NCBI GenBank assembly: GCA_039815185.1
Contig: JBCBZT010000039.1
Location: forward strand, 1 to 64,000
Source of the DNA: Cyanobacteria bacterium P01_A01_bin.123
GTDB lineage: Bacteria > Cyanobacteriota > Cyanobacteriia > Phormidesmidales > Phormidesmidaceae
Direction of reading: 5' to 3'
DNA: 64,000 nt
Each line of letters opens with the position of its first letter. The first letter of the stretch is position 1. The position numbers and the translations under genes are program-made. This document shows, in pieces, positions 21,144 through 32,315 of this stretch. The notes under the pieces are model-generated. The model was not told the origin of the DNA and made no database searches. It saw nothing but the letters and a program-made list of their open reading frames with translations.

Positions 21144-21575
21144 ATGCCGTCAGATAAATTTAGTGATGCGGAACGGACTTTTTTAGAAAAGGTGATGCAG
21201 AAGGCTAGCCTCCCAGACATTTATGATGCAAGGGATCTAACAATCGTTGTATTTCGCACCATGCGAGATTTGATGACAACAGATGCTTCCGATCGCACTC
21301 AGGCTGCTTTCAAAGACGAAGAGATTGCCCAACTTTGGAAAGATGACAATCCTATCGTGGCGTTTCTGAGTCGATTTCGCCCCCCCCTTGAAATTGATAC
21401 CGAAACGTTTTTGCGCCGAATTAAGCAAGAAGGTGGGGTTCCTAAAGACGTCTCAGCTGAAGCTGTGGTGATTGCTGTATTTTCGACTGCGAGAGAAGAG
21501 CTTTCACCAGCGCAAGTTCAAGAGATTTCCAACAGTCTTCCCGATGGCCTAAAAGTCATGTGGGAGCAGATTTAG
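21144..21575 (+). CDS. DUF2267-like protein
   Basis: FLEKV...DIYDARDLT..VFRTMRDLM...LP...W; GGAG RBS. Confidence 0.7.
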   Translation: MPSDKFSDAERTFLEKVMQKASLPDIYDARDLTIVVFRTMRDLMTTDASDRTQAAFKDEEIAQLWKDDNPIVAFLSRFRPPLEIDTETFLRRIKQEGGVPKDVSAEAVVIAVFSTAREELSPAQVQEISNSLPDGLKVMWEQI

Positions 21576-21600
21576 AAGCTTCTGCTCGGGTTTCAGGTGG

Positions 21601-23832
21601 TCATAATTGAGGCTCTAGCGTACAGCAGCAATGGGCTTCAAGGTGCTGTATAACCTTGGAGAAGAGTTCATCCCGTCGAAACGGCTTACCGATAAAATCA
21701 TCACATCCGGCATCTAAGATTGCCTGACGTTGTTCTTGAAAGGCGCTAGCTGTAATGGCAATCACAACGGGTTTAGGCAATCGGGTTTGCTGCTTGATCT
21801 GACGAGTAGCGATATAGCCATCCATAACAGGCATACGCATATCCATCAAAATTAAGTCTGGGTGCCAGCTTTGCCATATCTCGATGGCTTCTTGACCATT
21901 TTGGGCTTCCTTGACCACAAAGCTTGGGGCAGAGAAAATCTTGTTCAAAATCAGACGGTTAACGGCAGCGTCATCAACAACTAGAATGCGATAGGGTCGT
22001 TGCCCGGGGCGCAGTTCAGCAGTCTGGTTAAAGACAGGGGACTTGACGCTAAGGGGAGAATAGATGGGGAAAACTGGAATCGTGACGCTAAAGGTTGAAC
22101 CTTGGTTGAATTGACTGCGAACTTCGATTTTTCCACCCATAAACTTGACAAGGCCATGGCTGATGGCAAGACCCAAACCATTCCCTTCAAGGGATTGTAA
22201 TCCTGCTTGCGTTTGGTTGAAGGCCGTAAATAAAGCATCCATTTCTGATTTAGCAATGCCAGGGCCAGTATCGATTACGTCAAAGGTCAGCCAATATTGT
22301 TCAGAATGCGCCAAGTCTAAATTTAGTGCCTTCAATTCAGATGATTCAGAGGACTTAGCCTGGACCTGAACCTGTCCTGACTGTGTAAATTTAACTGCAT
22401 TGCCAATCAAATTAATCAGGATTTGGCTCAGCTTACCTTCATCGACCCGAATCCATTGCGGCAGTTCGAGAGACCGTTCAACAATCAGATTTATCCCTTT
22501 GGCCTCAGATTTGAGCTTAAATATATTTTCTAAATTGGTAAGCAAAGCATCCAGATCAACATTTTGCTCATTGAGGCGGGCTTGACCTGATTCAATCCTG
22601 GAGATTTCTAGAATGTCATTGATGAGTTTGAGCAGATGCTCACCGCTGCGATTAATAATGTTGACTGACTCATGGTGATCAGCAGATAGGGTTGTATCGC
22701 TTTGAATCTGCTGGGCAAACCCTAAAACTGCATTCAGCGGAGTCCGCAATTCGTGACTCATGTGGGCCAAAAATTGGCTTTTAGCACGATTCGCGGCATC
22801 AGCAGCTTCTTTCGCTTGTTGCAGTTCGTTGGCCTGCTGCTGAGTTTGATGAAGTAACGCTTCAGACTGCCCCAGCAACTGCTTCACAAAATGCATATAG
22901 TTATTAAAAGTCTGGGCCAAGGTGCCAATTTCATCTTGAGTTGTGATGGGCACGTGTAGATCGAAGTTGGCATCTCGAATCGACTGCTGTGCCGTCTGGG
23001 TCATGACTTGCATCGGACGAAGGATCATGCGGTTGAACATAATCACTAGCAACAACGCGATCGCACCAGATACCAACGCGCTACCCACAAGACTTTGTAT
23101 CTGAGTAACCAGAGCACTCCTCATCAAGGCTTCTGCTTCTGCTTGTTCTTCTTCGGTGACTTGGGCAAGGGCGATGACTTTTTCGAGTAGGCTATCTAAG
23201 TCTGTAATAAAATCGCTTTGGTTAAGTCTCGCCATCCCTAATCTCAGCAGCTCCAAGTCCTCTGGCTGGAGATTCGCTGGATTCACTTGCTCTAGCAGCA
23301 TCTCTACCCGATGCATATAGTCAGTTATCGCCGCTTCATGGTCTGCCAAAATCGCGCTCCCGATGGCGGCTTCCTTGTCAGTCACTCCAGGATGGTTGTC
23401 CTCAGCGATCGCGAGCTCATCTGAATCTGTGAAGGCCTGCCAATTTTGCTTGAACGCGCCATAATCTTTGGCAAAGTGGAGGAGTTCTGCTTCGATTTGT
23501 GGGCCGGGATCTTCCACCGTTGTGATTGCTAAGGCAGCTTCTAGCTGCTTTGACAGCTGCCGCGTGTGGAGTAAAAGCTCAACCAAACTTCCTTGCAAAT
23601 TAATGATGTAGTTTAGGTCATCATTAACTTCTTCATGGATAGTGTGGGCTCTGTGCATAACCCGATTAGAGGTCAGAACCCCAATCGTGATGCCAGTCAT
23701 CATGAGTACAAATGCAAACCCATATCCAGCCGACATCTTTTGACTCAAAGGCCAGTGCCCAAACCGTCTTCCCAGGCTTGTCTTAGTCAGGGCGTGCATG
23801 AATTGGCTGTAAAGGGATTTACCCATACCCAT
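21601..23832 (-). CDS. Hybrid sensor histidine kinase (2 TM, HAMP, HisKA, HATPase, REC)
   Basis: [33 protein letters not shown] and ILMDMRMP. Confidence 0.93.
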   Translation of the reverse strand: MGMGKSLYSQFMHALTKTSLGRRFGHWPLSQKMSAGYGFAFVLMMTGITIGVLTSNRVMHRAHTIHEEVNDDLNYIINLQGSLVELLLHTRQLSKQLEAALAITTVEDPGPQIEAELLHFAKDYGAFKQNWQAFTDSDELAIAEDNHPGVTDKEAAIGSAILADHEAAITDYMHRVEMLLEQVNPANLQPEDLELLRLGMARLNQSDFITDLDSLLEKVIALAQVTEEEQAEAEALMRSALVTQIQSLVGSALVSGAIALLLVIMFNRMILRPMQVMTQTAQQSIRDANFDLHVPITTQDEIGTLAQTFNNYMHFVKQLLGQSEALLHQTQQQANELQQAKEAADAANRAKSQFLAHMSHELRTPLNAVLGFAQQIQSDTTLSADHHESVNIINRSGEHLLKLINDILEISRIESGQARLNEQNVDLDALLTNLENIFKLKSEAKGINLIVERSLELPQWIRVDEGKLSQILINLIGNAVKFTQSGQVQVQAKSSESSELKALNLDLAHSEQYWLTFDVIDTGPGIAKSEMDALFTAFNQTQAGLQSLEGNGLGLAISHGLVKFMGGKIEVRSQFNQGSTFSVTIPVFPIYSPLSVKSPVFNQTAELRPGQRPYRILVVDDAAVNRLILNKIFSAPSFVVKEAQNGQEAIEIWQSWHPDLILMDMRMPVMDGYIATRQIKQQTRLPKPVVIAITASAFQEQRQAILDAGCDDFIGKPFRRDELFSKVIQHLEAHCCCTLEPQL

Positions 23833-23937
23833 TATCTAGAGTCTACATAGGATTTTCTCTATATATATTATTCACGCTGAAACGATAAACATCGGTCTGC
23901 TTCAGCAAATCCTCATTTGGTTATGAGTTATGCCGCT

Positions 23938-24693
23938 TTAGACGGCTAGGAACTTTTGAATCACGCTGTTGCTCAACTCACTGGTCGGGCCAGAGGCAAC
24001 GATTCCCCCCTTTTGCATGGCGTAGTAGTAGTCAGCTTGACGCACAAAGTGGAGATGTTGTTCAACTAACAAGACGGAAATCCCAGTAGTTTCGATGATG
24101 CGCCGCACGGCGGCTTCAATATCGAGAATGATAGAGGGCTGAATCCCTTCGGTGGGTTCGTCGAGCACCAGCAATTTGGGGTTGCCCATCAGCGCCCGAG
24201 CGATCGCCAGTTGTTGCTGCTGTCCACCGCTGAGATCACCGCCCATGCGGGACAACATCGTCCTGAGCACGGGGAACAGTTCAAAGACTTCTTCGGGAAT
24301 GGTTTTGTCGTTGCCCTTGCGACCCTGGGGCCGCGCTTCCATACCCAACAGCAGGTTTTCGGCTACCGTCACGCGGGGAATGACTTCGCGGCCTTGGGGG
24401 ACATAGGCAATGCCCAGTCGGGCTCGGCGATCGGGGGAAAGGGTATTGATTGAAAGCCCTTCGTATTGAATATCGCCGCTGCGCGATCGCACCAATCCCA
24501 TAATATTTTTCAGCAGTGTGGTTTTGCCCACACCATTGCGACCAATCAGGCACACCATCTGCCCCTGGGGCACCCTCAAATCCACATCGCGCAGAATGTG
24601 ACTTTCCCCATAGTAAAAATTGAGGCCTGAGACTTTTAGCGTCGGCACCGTGGTAGCAGTATCCATCGGCATTGCAGCAGCAGTGGCAGTCAT
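23938..24693 (-). CDS. urtE: Urea ABC transporter ATP-binding subunit
   Basis: GRNGVGKT, LSGGQQQQL and DEPTEGIQP; operon context. Confidence 0.95.
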   Translation of the reverse strand: MTATAAAMPMDTATTVPTLKVSGLNFYYGESHILRDVDLRVPQGQMVCLIGRNGVGKTTLLKNIMGLVRSRSGDIQYEGLSINTLSPDRRARLGIAYVPQGREVIPRVTVAENLLLGMEARPQGRKGNDKTIPEEVFELFPVLRTMLSRMGGDLSGGQQQQLAIARALMGNPKLLVLDEPTEGIQPSIILDIEAAVRRIIETTGISVLLVEQHLHFVRQADYYYAMQKGGIVASGPTSELSNSVIQKFLAV

Positions 24694-24697
24694 CGCA

Positions 24698-25825
24698 TTA
24701 GGAAGGGATAAAGTTCTTCAGGGCATCGGCTTCTAAACGCTGCACCGCCTCTGGAGGCAGATTCAGCAGATTCAGCAGGTATTGGTACTCCCGTGCTTCG
24801 GTAGCATTGATATCGCCAGAGCTGATGACTTCGTAGCTCAGCTTCAGTACAGTTTCTCGTTGAGCATCGGTTTTGAGCTGGGGCACCAGTTCTTCGAGCG
24901 GCAGGCGTTTGCCCAGATAGTTTTTGAGTTCTTCTCGCAAGTCAGCTTGTAAGGCTGGGTCATCGGCAAACCGCTGACTCAACCGAGTTAAAATCGCCGC
25001 TTCTTCATCAGGGGTAAATTGCTGATCAGCCCAGGCCATCGTCACTGCGATCCGCAAAATCAGCATTTGATCGGGGGTGAGGCTGGCTTCTTGCCCCAGA
25101 TACACCTCAATCACGCGGGGATCGTTTTGCACTTCGTCCATGGTGCCTTCACACAGCACACTGCCTTCGTGCAGCACGGTGACCTGGCGGGCAATTTGTC
25201 GAACAAACTCCATGTCGTGTTCAATCACAACAATGGAGTGGCTTTCGGCCAAAGCTAATAGCAGTTCGCCAGTTTGCGCTGTTTCTTCGTCGGTTAAGCC
25301 CGCAACGGGTTCATCGACCAGTAATAGATCGGGAGACTGGGCCACTAACATGCCAATTTCTAACCACTGCTTTTCCCCATGGGACAGCAACCCGGAGGGC
25401 ATGTCGGCTTTGGCGCTGAGGCCAATGGTTTCTAGCAATCCGCCTATGGTACGTTTTTCGGCGGGGGGCGTTTTTGTAAACAGGGTGGTCAGGACGTTTT
25501 TGTCTCGATTACAGGAGAGTTCTAGGTTTTCACGGGGGGTGAGGTTGAGATAAACCCGGGGAGTTTGAAACTTGCGACCAATCCCTAAGCGCGCAATCTC
25601 GTGCTCTTTTTGCCGACTCAGATCTTTGCCTTTGAAACGAGCGACGCCTGTGGTCGGCTGGACTTTGCCCGTAATCACATCTAAAAAGGTGGTTTTGCCT
25701 GCCCCGTTGGGGCCAATAATCACCCGCAGCTCGCCCTCATTCATGGAAAAGTTGAGGTTGTTGAGGGCTTTGAAGCCATCAAAGCTGACGGTAACGTTGT
25801 CGATTTCTAAAATCTTGTTGCCCAT
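24698..25825 (-). CDS. urtD: Urea ABC transporter ATP-binding subunit with a C-terminal TerB-like extension
   Basis: GPNGAGKT and LSHGEKQWLEIGM; about 130 extra aa follow EVYLG. Confidence 0.93.
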   Translation of the reverse strand: MGNKILEIDNVTVSFDGFKALNNLNFSMNEGELRVIIGPNGAGKTTFLDVITGKVQPTTGVARFKGKDLSRQKEHEIARLGIGRKFQTPRVYLNLTPRENLELSCNRDKNVLTTLFTKTPPAEKRTIGGLLETIGLSAKADMPSGLLSHGEKQWLEIGMLVAQSPDLLLVDEPVAGLTDEETAQTGELLLALAESHSIVVIEHDMEFVRQIARQVTVLHEGSVLCEGTMDEVQNDPRVIEVYLGQEASLTPDQMLILRIAVTMAWADQQFTPDEEAAILTRLSQRFADDPALQADLREELKNYLGKRLPLEELVPQLKTDAQRETVLKLSYEVISSGDINATEAREYQYLLNLLNLPPEAVQRLEADALKNFIPS

Positions 25826-25851
25826 TTTGGATTTTGGATTTTGGATTTTGG
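25824..25851 (+). repeat. STRR-type heptamer tandem repeat (ATTTTGG)x4
   Basis: Four exact copies between urtC and urtD. Confidence 0.85.
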
Positions 25852-25876
25852 ATTATGAAATCCTGGGTGCAAAAAG

Positions 25877-27052
25877 CTACTTTTTATCGACCAGCGTTTG
25901 CTGCTCTTGTTGAATGTTGGGATCTAGCTCTAGGCTGGGATAGGTGGTGACAGCTTGAGGGCGGCCAGACAGCGATCGCAGCTGGTCTTTGGCGTCATAG
26001 CGCAACCAGCCAATAATGCCGTTAGGTAAGGCAGTAACGACTAGCAAAAACAGTGCGCCTTGAAAAAATAACCAGACCTCTGGAAATTTTTCACTCAGCA
26101 AGCTGCGGGCTAAGTTCACCAACACGGCGCCTAAAATGGCCCCGACAAGCGTGGCCCGTCCGCCCACGGCGACCCAAATTACCATCTCAATCGAAAAGGC
26201 AATATCCATGAATTGGGGTGAGACGATACCTGACTGGACGGTGTAGAGAGCACCCGCAATCCCCGCGATCGCACCCGAAACGGCAAATACCAACACCTTA
26301 AACCCAGTGGGGTCATAGCCTGAAAACCGCACCCGATTTTCATCATCACGGATGGCAATCAGCATACGGCCAAACCGTCCGCTCGTCAGCCAGCGACAGA
26401 GGGTGTAGATCAACACCAAAAACACCACCGACAAAATATAAAATACGAACTGCATTTCGGAGCTGCCCACCTGGTTGCCAAATAGCAGCGCAGTATCCGT
26501 CTTCAGACCGTTGGTGCCGTTAATCAGTTTTTGTTGACCGTTGAAAAAGTTAAAAAAGACCACCAGGGCTGCCTGGGTCAAAATTGAGAAGTAAACCCCA
26601 CGAATTCGATTGCGAAACACTAAATAGCCCAAGACCCCAGCCACAATGCTGGGAATTAGGACAACAGCCGCCAAGGTAAATGGGAAAGAAGAAAACGGAT
26701 GCCAAAACCAGGGCAACTCCGTCACACCATACAGCGTAAAAAACTCGGGTAACTGCCCCGGATCAATGGAGCTGAGCTGGAGGTACATGGCAAAGCCGTA
26801 CCCGCCTAGTGCAAAGAATATGCCGTGGCCCAGACTTAACAGGCCGGTAAATCCCCAAATTAGGTCAATCCCTAGGGCAACAATCCCCAAGGACAAAAAG
26901 CGGCCAATCAGCCCTAGGCGAAAGCCAGAAATCATGAGCGGCAAAATTAGCACCATCAACAGGGCGATCGCTAACACAATGCCTATCTCAATTAGCAGAG
27001 CATTGTTTTTTTGCGGTGCTTTCTTGGGTTTTGCAATTCGATCAGTTGCCAT
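25877..27052 (-). CDS. urtC: Urea ABC transporter permease
   Basis: DLIWGFTGLLSLGHG, GVYFSILTQA and AIRDDENRVRFSGY. Confidence 0.95.
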   Translation of the reverse strand: MATDRIAKPKKAPQKNNALLIEIGIVLAIALLMVLILPLMISGFRLGLIGRFLSLGIVALGIDLIWGFTGLLSLGHGIFFALGGYGFAMYLQLSSIDPGQLPEFFTLYGVTELPWFWHPFSSFPFTLAAVVLIPSIVAGVLGYLVFRNRIRGVYFSILTQAALVVFFNFFNGQQKLINGTNGLKTDTALLFGNQVGSSEMQFVFYILSVVFLVLIYTLCRWLTSGRFGRMLIAIRDDENRVRFSGYDPTGFKVLVFAVSGAIAGIAGALYTVQSGIVSPQFMDIAFSIEMVIWVAVGGRATLVGAILGAVLVNLARSLLSEKFPEVWLFFQGALFLLVVTALPNGIIGWLRYDAKDQLRSLSGRPQAVTTYPSLELDPNIQQEQQTLVDKK

Positions 27053-27133
27053 TTCTTCTGCCTAAACCTCGTCCCCATCCAGATCCATTTTTTTTCTAAA
27101 CCAAAGCATTCAACTTGCCAAATTAAATGGGGT

Positions 27134-28315
27134 TTACAACTCCACAGCTCGCCCCTTCTGGGGAAAGATTCCCGCCGGACGCACCTGCAAAAACGCGATA
27201 ATCAACGCAAATACCATCACCTTTGCCATGCTGGTCGTGGCAAAAAAGGTGAAAAAGTCGACGACGGGTTTGAGCGCTTCCATGGGCATCAACATCAACG
27301 ATAGAGTACCGGAACCGACCAAATAGGTGACAATGCCAATCACCAAGGCAGCCACAATGCTGCCCACGAGTTTGCCAACCCCACCCACAACGACGACCAT
27401 AAAGGCATCCACGATGTAGTTACCGCCTAAGTTAGGGCCAACAGACCCCAATAGGGTCACAGCGCATCCGGCAATGCCGGCCAATCCTGAGCCGAGAGCA
27501 AAGGTGAGGGCATCGACCCGATCAGTGGGGATACCCAGGCAAGCACTCATGCCGCGATTTTGAGTCACTGCCCGTATCCGCAGACCCCAGCTTGACTTCT
27601 GCAAAAACCAGTACAAGCTCACCATACATACCACCGTCAAACCAATGATGAACAGGCGTGCGTAGGGAAATTGCAGCGTTGAGCCCAAGGCTAAACCGCC
27701 GCGTAGCCAACTGGGAGCAGTCACATCTACGTTGCGGGCACCGAACCAAAGTTTTGATATCGCATCTCCGGCATTTTGATTTAGCAAAACACCAATGACT
27801 AAGGCGATCGCCCCAGACAAAGAGACTAAAATCGCCGTCGCCAGGGTTTGAATCTGCGACCAGTCAGTAAAGCGCCTGAGTACCCAGCGCCCACCAAAAT
27901 AGAGCACGCAAAAGAGGACAAGCCCAACCACCATGGCCCAGTTCACGCTGCGAACAAACTGACGCAAAATTAAGCTCACACCCCAGGTTGCCAGCAGCGT
28001 TTCTAAAGGTCGTCCGTAAAGATAGCGAATCACACTGCGTTCTAAAGCAATACCCACCAGCGCCGCCACCAGAAACGAGAGGGGCAGGGCTGCAAAAATA
28101 TAAAAATCCAGGGCTGATTCTCCCAAGGCTTTGAAGCCATTTTGCACCACATAGGTGGTGTAAGCCCCCAACATCATCATTTCCCCATGGGCCATGTTGA
28201 TGACGCCCATTAACCCAAACACAATCGCCAGCCCCAAGGCCACAATTAACAGCACCGCACCAATGCTAATGCCGTTAAAGAGCCCTCCAACTAAGCCCTC
28301 TATCACAGCGGTCAC
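27134..28315 (-). CDS. urtB: Urea ABC transporter permease
   Basis: FGLMGVINMAHGE, YGRPLETLLATWG and IRAVTQNR. Confidence 0.95.
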   Translation of the reverse strand: MTAVIEGLVGGLFNGISIGAVLLIVALGLAIVFGLMGVINMAHGEMMMLGAYTTYVVQNGFKALGESALDFYIFAALPLSFLVAALVGIALERSVIRYLYGRPLETLLATWGVSLILRQFVRSVNWAMVVGLVLFCVLYFGGRWVLRRFTDWSQIQTLATAILVSLSGAIALVIGVLLNQNAGDAISKLWFGARNVDVTAPSWLRGGLALGSTLQFPYARLFIIGLTVVCMVSLYWFLQKSSWGLRIRAVTQNRGMSACLGIPTDRVDALTFALGSGLAGIAGCAVTLLGSVGPNLGGNYIVDAFMVVVVGGVGKLVGSIVAALVIGIVTYLVGSGTLSLMLMPMEALKPVVDFFTFFATTSMAKVMVFALIIAFLQVRPAGIFPQKGRAVEL

Positions 28316-28570
28316 CTACATACACACAATGTTTATTTTTGAAGGCAGATAAGCCTGTTCATACCATCAAGTCCGTTTAATCCATCAATGGTATTGGAGT
28401 CAAGTGACCCAAAACTGTTCACTTCAAACTCGATTAGAGCCGCAATAACGCCAGTGTTGACTTGTCAGGTCAAGGGTGATTCACATTCAGCAGTAAAGGG
28501 GATCCAAGGCGAGACCTGCCTCAAATCCCCCACCTTCGACTTAGGCTAAGGCAGTTACATTAGCCTGAGC

Positions 28571-29896
28571 TTAAGCTTCTTCGTACTTACCGCCCTTTTC
28601 AGGATCAGACCAGTCGCAGGCAAATCCGATAGTATCGGGTACGTACTGGTTCCAGGGCACCGGATCGATGGGGCCATCAGTAGACCAAACAATCTCAAAC
28701 AGACCATCATCACGCACTTCACCCATGCGCACCGTCTTGGAGATGTGGTGATTGGTATTCATCGTCACCAACCCTTCTGGTGCATCAAAGGTTTGGCCGT
28801 AAGCGGCTTCCCGCACAGCAGCCAAGTCAGTTGTTCCCGCTTGCTCTACGGCTTGCTTCCACAAATAAACCATAATATAAGCGGCTTCCATGGGGTCATT
28901 GGTGACCCGCTCATCGCCATATTCGGTTTTGAAGTCTGCAACCCACTTCTCGTTTTCGGGGCTTTCAACCGTCTGGAAGTAGTTCCAAGCAGCGTAGTGG
29001 CCCACAAGGAACTCTTTACCGATTTGACGCACTTCTTCTTCTGCAATACTCACCGACATCACGGGGTATTTGTCTGGCCCCATGCCAGCGCCCTGAAGCT
29101 GCTTAAACAGGGCCACGTTGCTGTCACCGTTGAGACTGTTGAAGATAACGCCACCATCGGGGAGCGCTGCCTTAATCTTGGTGATGATCGGGGTAACTTC
29201 GGAATTCCCCAGGGGTAGATAATCTTCGCCGACTGTTTCGCCACCCAGAGCCGTCAGTTGCTCTTTAATAATGGTATTAGCGGTACGCGGGAAAACATAG
29301 TCAGAGCCCACCAGGAAGAATTGCTTCCCTTTGTTTTCCAGTAGCCATTCCACCGCAGGCTCAATCTGCTGGTTAGGAGCGGCACCCGTATAGAAAATGT
29401 TTTTAGAGCACTCTTGACCTTCGTACTGCACGGGATACCAGAGCATGTGGTCTTTTTGCTCAAACACGGGCAGGACTGCCTTGCGGCTGGCTGAAGTCCA
29501 GCAACCGAAAACAGTAGCGACCTGATCTTGATCGATCAACTTTTCGGCTTTCTCAGCAAAGGTGGGCCAGTCAGAAGCTCCATCTTCTACGATGGCTTCT
29601 ATCTGCTGGCCTAGCACACCACCCGCTTCGTTAATTTCTTTAATAGCAAGTTGTTCAGCCTCCACCACTGTGGTTTCACTAATGGCCATTGTGCCACTTA
29701 GTGAGTGGAGAATCCCCACTTTGATCGTGTCACCCCCGCCTGCGTCAGCTGCTTCTGGCGCTTCCGTCTCCTCAGCGCCAGAATCCGTTGCAGCGGTTTC
29801 ATCCGTACTGCTAGTACAAGCCTTGAGCAGCATACTCGTGCCCAAAGTTGCAGAACCGTATAAAAGAAACTTCCGTCTATTGAATCGTGATGTCAT
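28571..29896 (-). CDS. urtA: Urea ABC transporter substrate-binding lipoprotein
   Basis: RRKFL/LKAC signal; [23 protein letters not shown] and YPVQYEG. Confidence 0.96.
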   Translation of the reverse strand: MTSRFNRRKFLLYGSATLGTSMLLKACTSSTDETAATDSGAEETEAPEAADAGGGDTIKVGILHSLSGTMAISETTVVEAEQLAIKEINEAGGVLGQQIEAIVEDGASDWPTFAEKAEKLIDQDQVATVFGCWTSASRKAVLPVFEQKDHMLWYPVQYEGQECSKNIFYTGAAPNQQIEPAVEWLLENKGKQFFLVGSDYVFPRTANTIIKEQLTALGGETVGEDYLPLGNSEVTPIITKIKAALPDGGVIFNSLNGDSNVALFKQLQGAGMGPDKYPVMSVSIAEEEVRQIGKEFLVGHYAAWNYFQTVESPENEKWVADFKTEYGDERVTNDPMEAAYIMVYLWKQAVEQAGTTDLAAVREAAYGQTFDAPEGLVTMNTNHHISKTVRMGEVRDDGLFEIVWSTDGPIDPVPWNQYVPDTIGFACDWSDPEKGGKYEEA

Positions 29897-30026
29897 TGAA
29901 TTCTCTCACTCCCAAGTCAAGCCACTATCGTATTTGCGTTCAAACCATAGGCCCATCCAAAGCCGCAAATCTTCCCGAGTAAAAACTCAGTTTTTTTTAA
30001 CTCAGATGTAGTCTAGATGCACAGCG

Positions 30027-30068
30027 ATATTAGGGTTAGGGTACAACAAGAATTGTGCTCAACTATAC
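30027..30068 (-). promoter_or_regulatory. NtcA-activated (class II) promoter of urtA
   Basis: The minus strand has GTA-TAGTTGAG-CAC (one mismatch to GTA-N8-TAC), exactly 22 nt before TAATAT (TAN3T -10 box). Confidence 0.75.
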
Positions 30069-30146
30069 ATTTTTGCCTCAATAGCGGTTTTTTGACAACA
30101 AATCTTAGCTCTGAGCCTCTGTGAATATGCTGAAACGAGGGCACAT

Positions 30147-30767
30147 CTAAATTACTGGGGTCGATTCCACAAATCCGTGAAATTGAATAAAGTCGGTAAT
30201 GGTGTCTAGGCCCTGTTGGGTTTTGAGGTTGGTAAAGACAAAAGGCTTGTCGCCGCGCATTTTGCGAGCATCCCGCTCCATCACCGACAGATCTGCGCCG
30301 ACTAGGGGGGCGAGGTCGATTTTGTTGATAATCAACAGATCAGATTTGGTGATGCCGGGGCCGCCCTTGCGGGGAATTTTCTCTCCAGCGGCAACATCAA
30401 TCACGTAGAGGGTGAGATCGACCAGTTCTGGGCTAAAAGTAGAGGCCAGGTTATCTCCTCCGCTTTCCACAAAGATGACATCAAGGGCGGTGAGGCGGGC
30501 TTCTAATTCCTCAATGGCTACCAAGTTAATAGAGGCGTCTTCTCGAATCGCCGTGTGAGGACAGCCGCCGGTTTCAACGCCAATGATGCGATCGCGCTCT
30601 AATGCCTCACTCCGCACCAAAAATTGGGCATCTTCTTGGGTATAAATATCGTTGGTGACCACTGCGATCTGATAGCGATCGCGCATTGCTTTACACAACG
30701 CATCGACTAACGCAGTTTTGCCCGATCCCACTGGCCCCGCAATACCAACGCGAAAAGGAGAGACCAT
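30147..30767 (-). CDS. ureG: Urease accessory GTPase
   Basis: [22 protein letters not shown] and NKID. The longer ORF-track start lies inside the repeat, so ATG 30767 is preferred. Confidence 0.96.
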   Translation of the reverse strand: MVSPFRVGIAGPVGSGKTALVDALCKAMRDRYQIAVVTNDIYTQEDAQFLVRSEALERDRIIGVETGGCPHTAIREDASINLVAIEELEARLTALDVIFVESGGDNLASTFSPELVDLTLYVIDVAAGEKIPRKGGPGITKSDLLIINKIDLAPLVGADLSVMERDARKMRGDKPFVFTNLKTQQGLDTITDFIQFHGFVESTPVI

Positions 30768-30800
30768 AGATGTCTTGGTTCCAATCATTATGCCTGCCAG

Positions 30801-30905
30801 TATAGCCGTAGCCACAAAACTTTGTGCGCTACGGCGAGCCAGATTGCTTGTGTGTTGAGCATCCCAGCGATACTCGGTGCATTAAGCAATCTGGCCAGCG
30901 CTATA
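30801..30905 (-). mobile_element. ~105-bp MITE-like dispersed repeat, copy 2
   Basis: Ends TATAGC...GCTATA; internal inverted repeat CCAGATTGCTT/AAGCAATCTGG; inserted between ureF and ureG. Confidence 0.8.
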
Positions 30906-30913
30906 TAAACTTG

Positions 30914-31615
30914 TTAGCTTCTAAATAATCGGCTGTAGAGCGTTTCATGCTGCATGCTGGCGATCGCGAAGCCCCAACCACGGCTGGACAGCGCGTCATC
31001 GGGGAGGATCAAAATTTCGTCAGCAGCGGTTTCTAACTGGGCGGTGAGGTCGATTAAGAGCCGCTGCCCTGTGGTTTGGCCCAGGGGAACCAGCTTAACG
31101 GCGGCGTTGATTAAATTTGTCGCCCAGCTTTGTAAGTAGCCCAGAAGCGCTGCGAATTCACTGATTTGCCAATGGGCAGCGGTCAGACCAAAGGCAACGG
31201 CAAAGTTCCAAGACTCAGCAGGTTGGTTGGGCTGAGCAGTCAGTAACTGAGGGGCGAGTTCGGGGTAAAGCTGGGTCATGAGGCGAATCAGCGATCGCCC
31301 CATTTGCCAGCTTTGGGCTCGCAGTTCAGCCGTTTCTCGAGTCGCTGATAACCAGTGATTCCAGTGGGCCAGCATTTCCCTGTCTTGATTCACCATGGCC
31401 CGGTGGCTGCGCACCATCACGGCTGCTTCGATACGAATCGAACCGCCGGTTAATGCTTGGCCCAACCAATGATGAACCTCGGCAGCCGTACGAATCATTG
31501 CTCTTTGCACCAAGGTTTCTAACCCCTCTGAATAGGTGTAAGCACCTACCGGTAGGGTTGGACTGGCCAGTTGCAGCAGTTTGAGTAGTGCCGCAGCATC
31601 AGGAGGTATGGACAT
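30914..31615 (-). CDS. ureF: Urease accessory protein
   Basis: LQLASPTLPVGAYTYSEGLE and HETLYSRLFRS. Confidence 0.96.
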   Translation of the reverse strand: MSIPPDAAALLKLLQLASPTLPVGAYTYSEGLETLVQRAMIRTAAEVHHWLGQALTGGSIRIEAAVMVRSHRAMVNQDREMLAHWNHWLSATRETAELRAQSWQMGRSLIRLMTQLYPELAPQLLTAQPNQPAESWNFAVAFGLTAAHWQISEFAALLGYLQSWATNLINAAVKLVPLGQTTGQRLLIDLTAQLETAADEILILPDDALSSRGWGFAIASMQHETLYSRLFRS

Positions 31616-31698
31616 AGGTGGGGAGGCGTTATTTCGGATTTGTGTTTTTGGCTTTTGGATTGTGCTGCTATTGGATTGTGCTTCGAGTTGCCGTTGCC

Positions 31699-32181
31699 TC
31701 AGTGGGCGTGGACATGGGGATGATGGCTCGGGAGGGCGGTATTTCCATAGGCACCGGCTTCAGGGTTAAACGGAGTGGTGTCGTGGGTTACGCTCAACCC
31801 CAGCTGCACCAGCATCGTTTCTAAAACTGGGTCGGGGGCTAATCGTAGGTGGTTGAGGGCAACTTCTAGAGCGACATGACGGTTGCCTAGGTGATAGGCA
31901 CCGCGTAATAAATCTAGCGGGGTAGACGCAGTGACGGTCAGAACGGGTTCGGGTTTCGCCAAGATTTTGATCCGAATGCGATCGCAGTCTGGAACCAACA
32001 CATCTCCGTTGTGTAAAACCGTCCCTCGGGGCAATTGCAGGTGTACGGGTTGGCCGTCGTCGGTGGTGAAGCGATGGCGCGATCGCGTCCGTTGTTCTGC
32101 CGTCAATGACAGCGTTAATAATTGGGTATCGAGAGCCGTTTCAGCCCCCGAGTGAGCTAAGCGACGGGTCAAAACCAACAT
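31699..32181 (-). CDS. ureE: Urease accessory nickel chaperone
   Basis: [15 protein letters not shown] and PFNPEAGAY; His-rich tail. Confidence 0.95.
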   Translation of the reverse strand: MLVLTRRLAHSGAETALDTQLLTLSLTAEQRTRSRHRFTTDDGQPVHLQLPRGTVLHNGDVLVPDCDRIRIKILAKPEPVLTVTASTPLDLLRGAYHLGNRHVALEVALNHLRLAPDPVLETMLVQLGLSVTHDTTPFNPEAGAYGNTALPSHHPHVHAH

Positions 32182-32315
32182 ATGCAGCGTCCTCAAGACG
32201 ACCGTAAGCTGGCCCTGATTGTATCGCAGTCAGGGTTCTAAACTTTGCCCAAGTCTAGACCTAGAGATTTTTCTAACCGAAACTGTTAGATCCCAAGTTG
32301 GACTTGAGATGGGAT

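Noticed and set aside
30768..30815. N-terminal extension of UreG in the ORF track
   Set aside because: The upstream GTG lies inside the 105-bp repeat. UreG similarity starts at MVSPFRVG.
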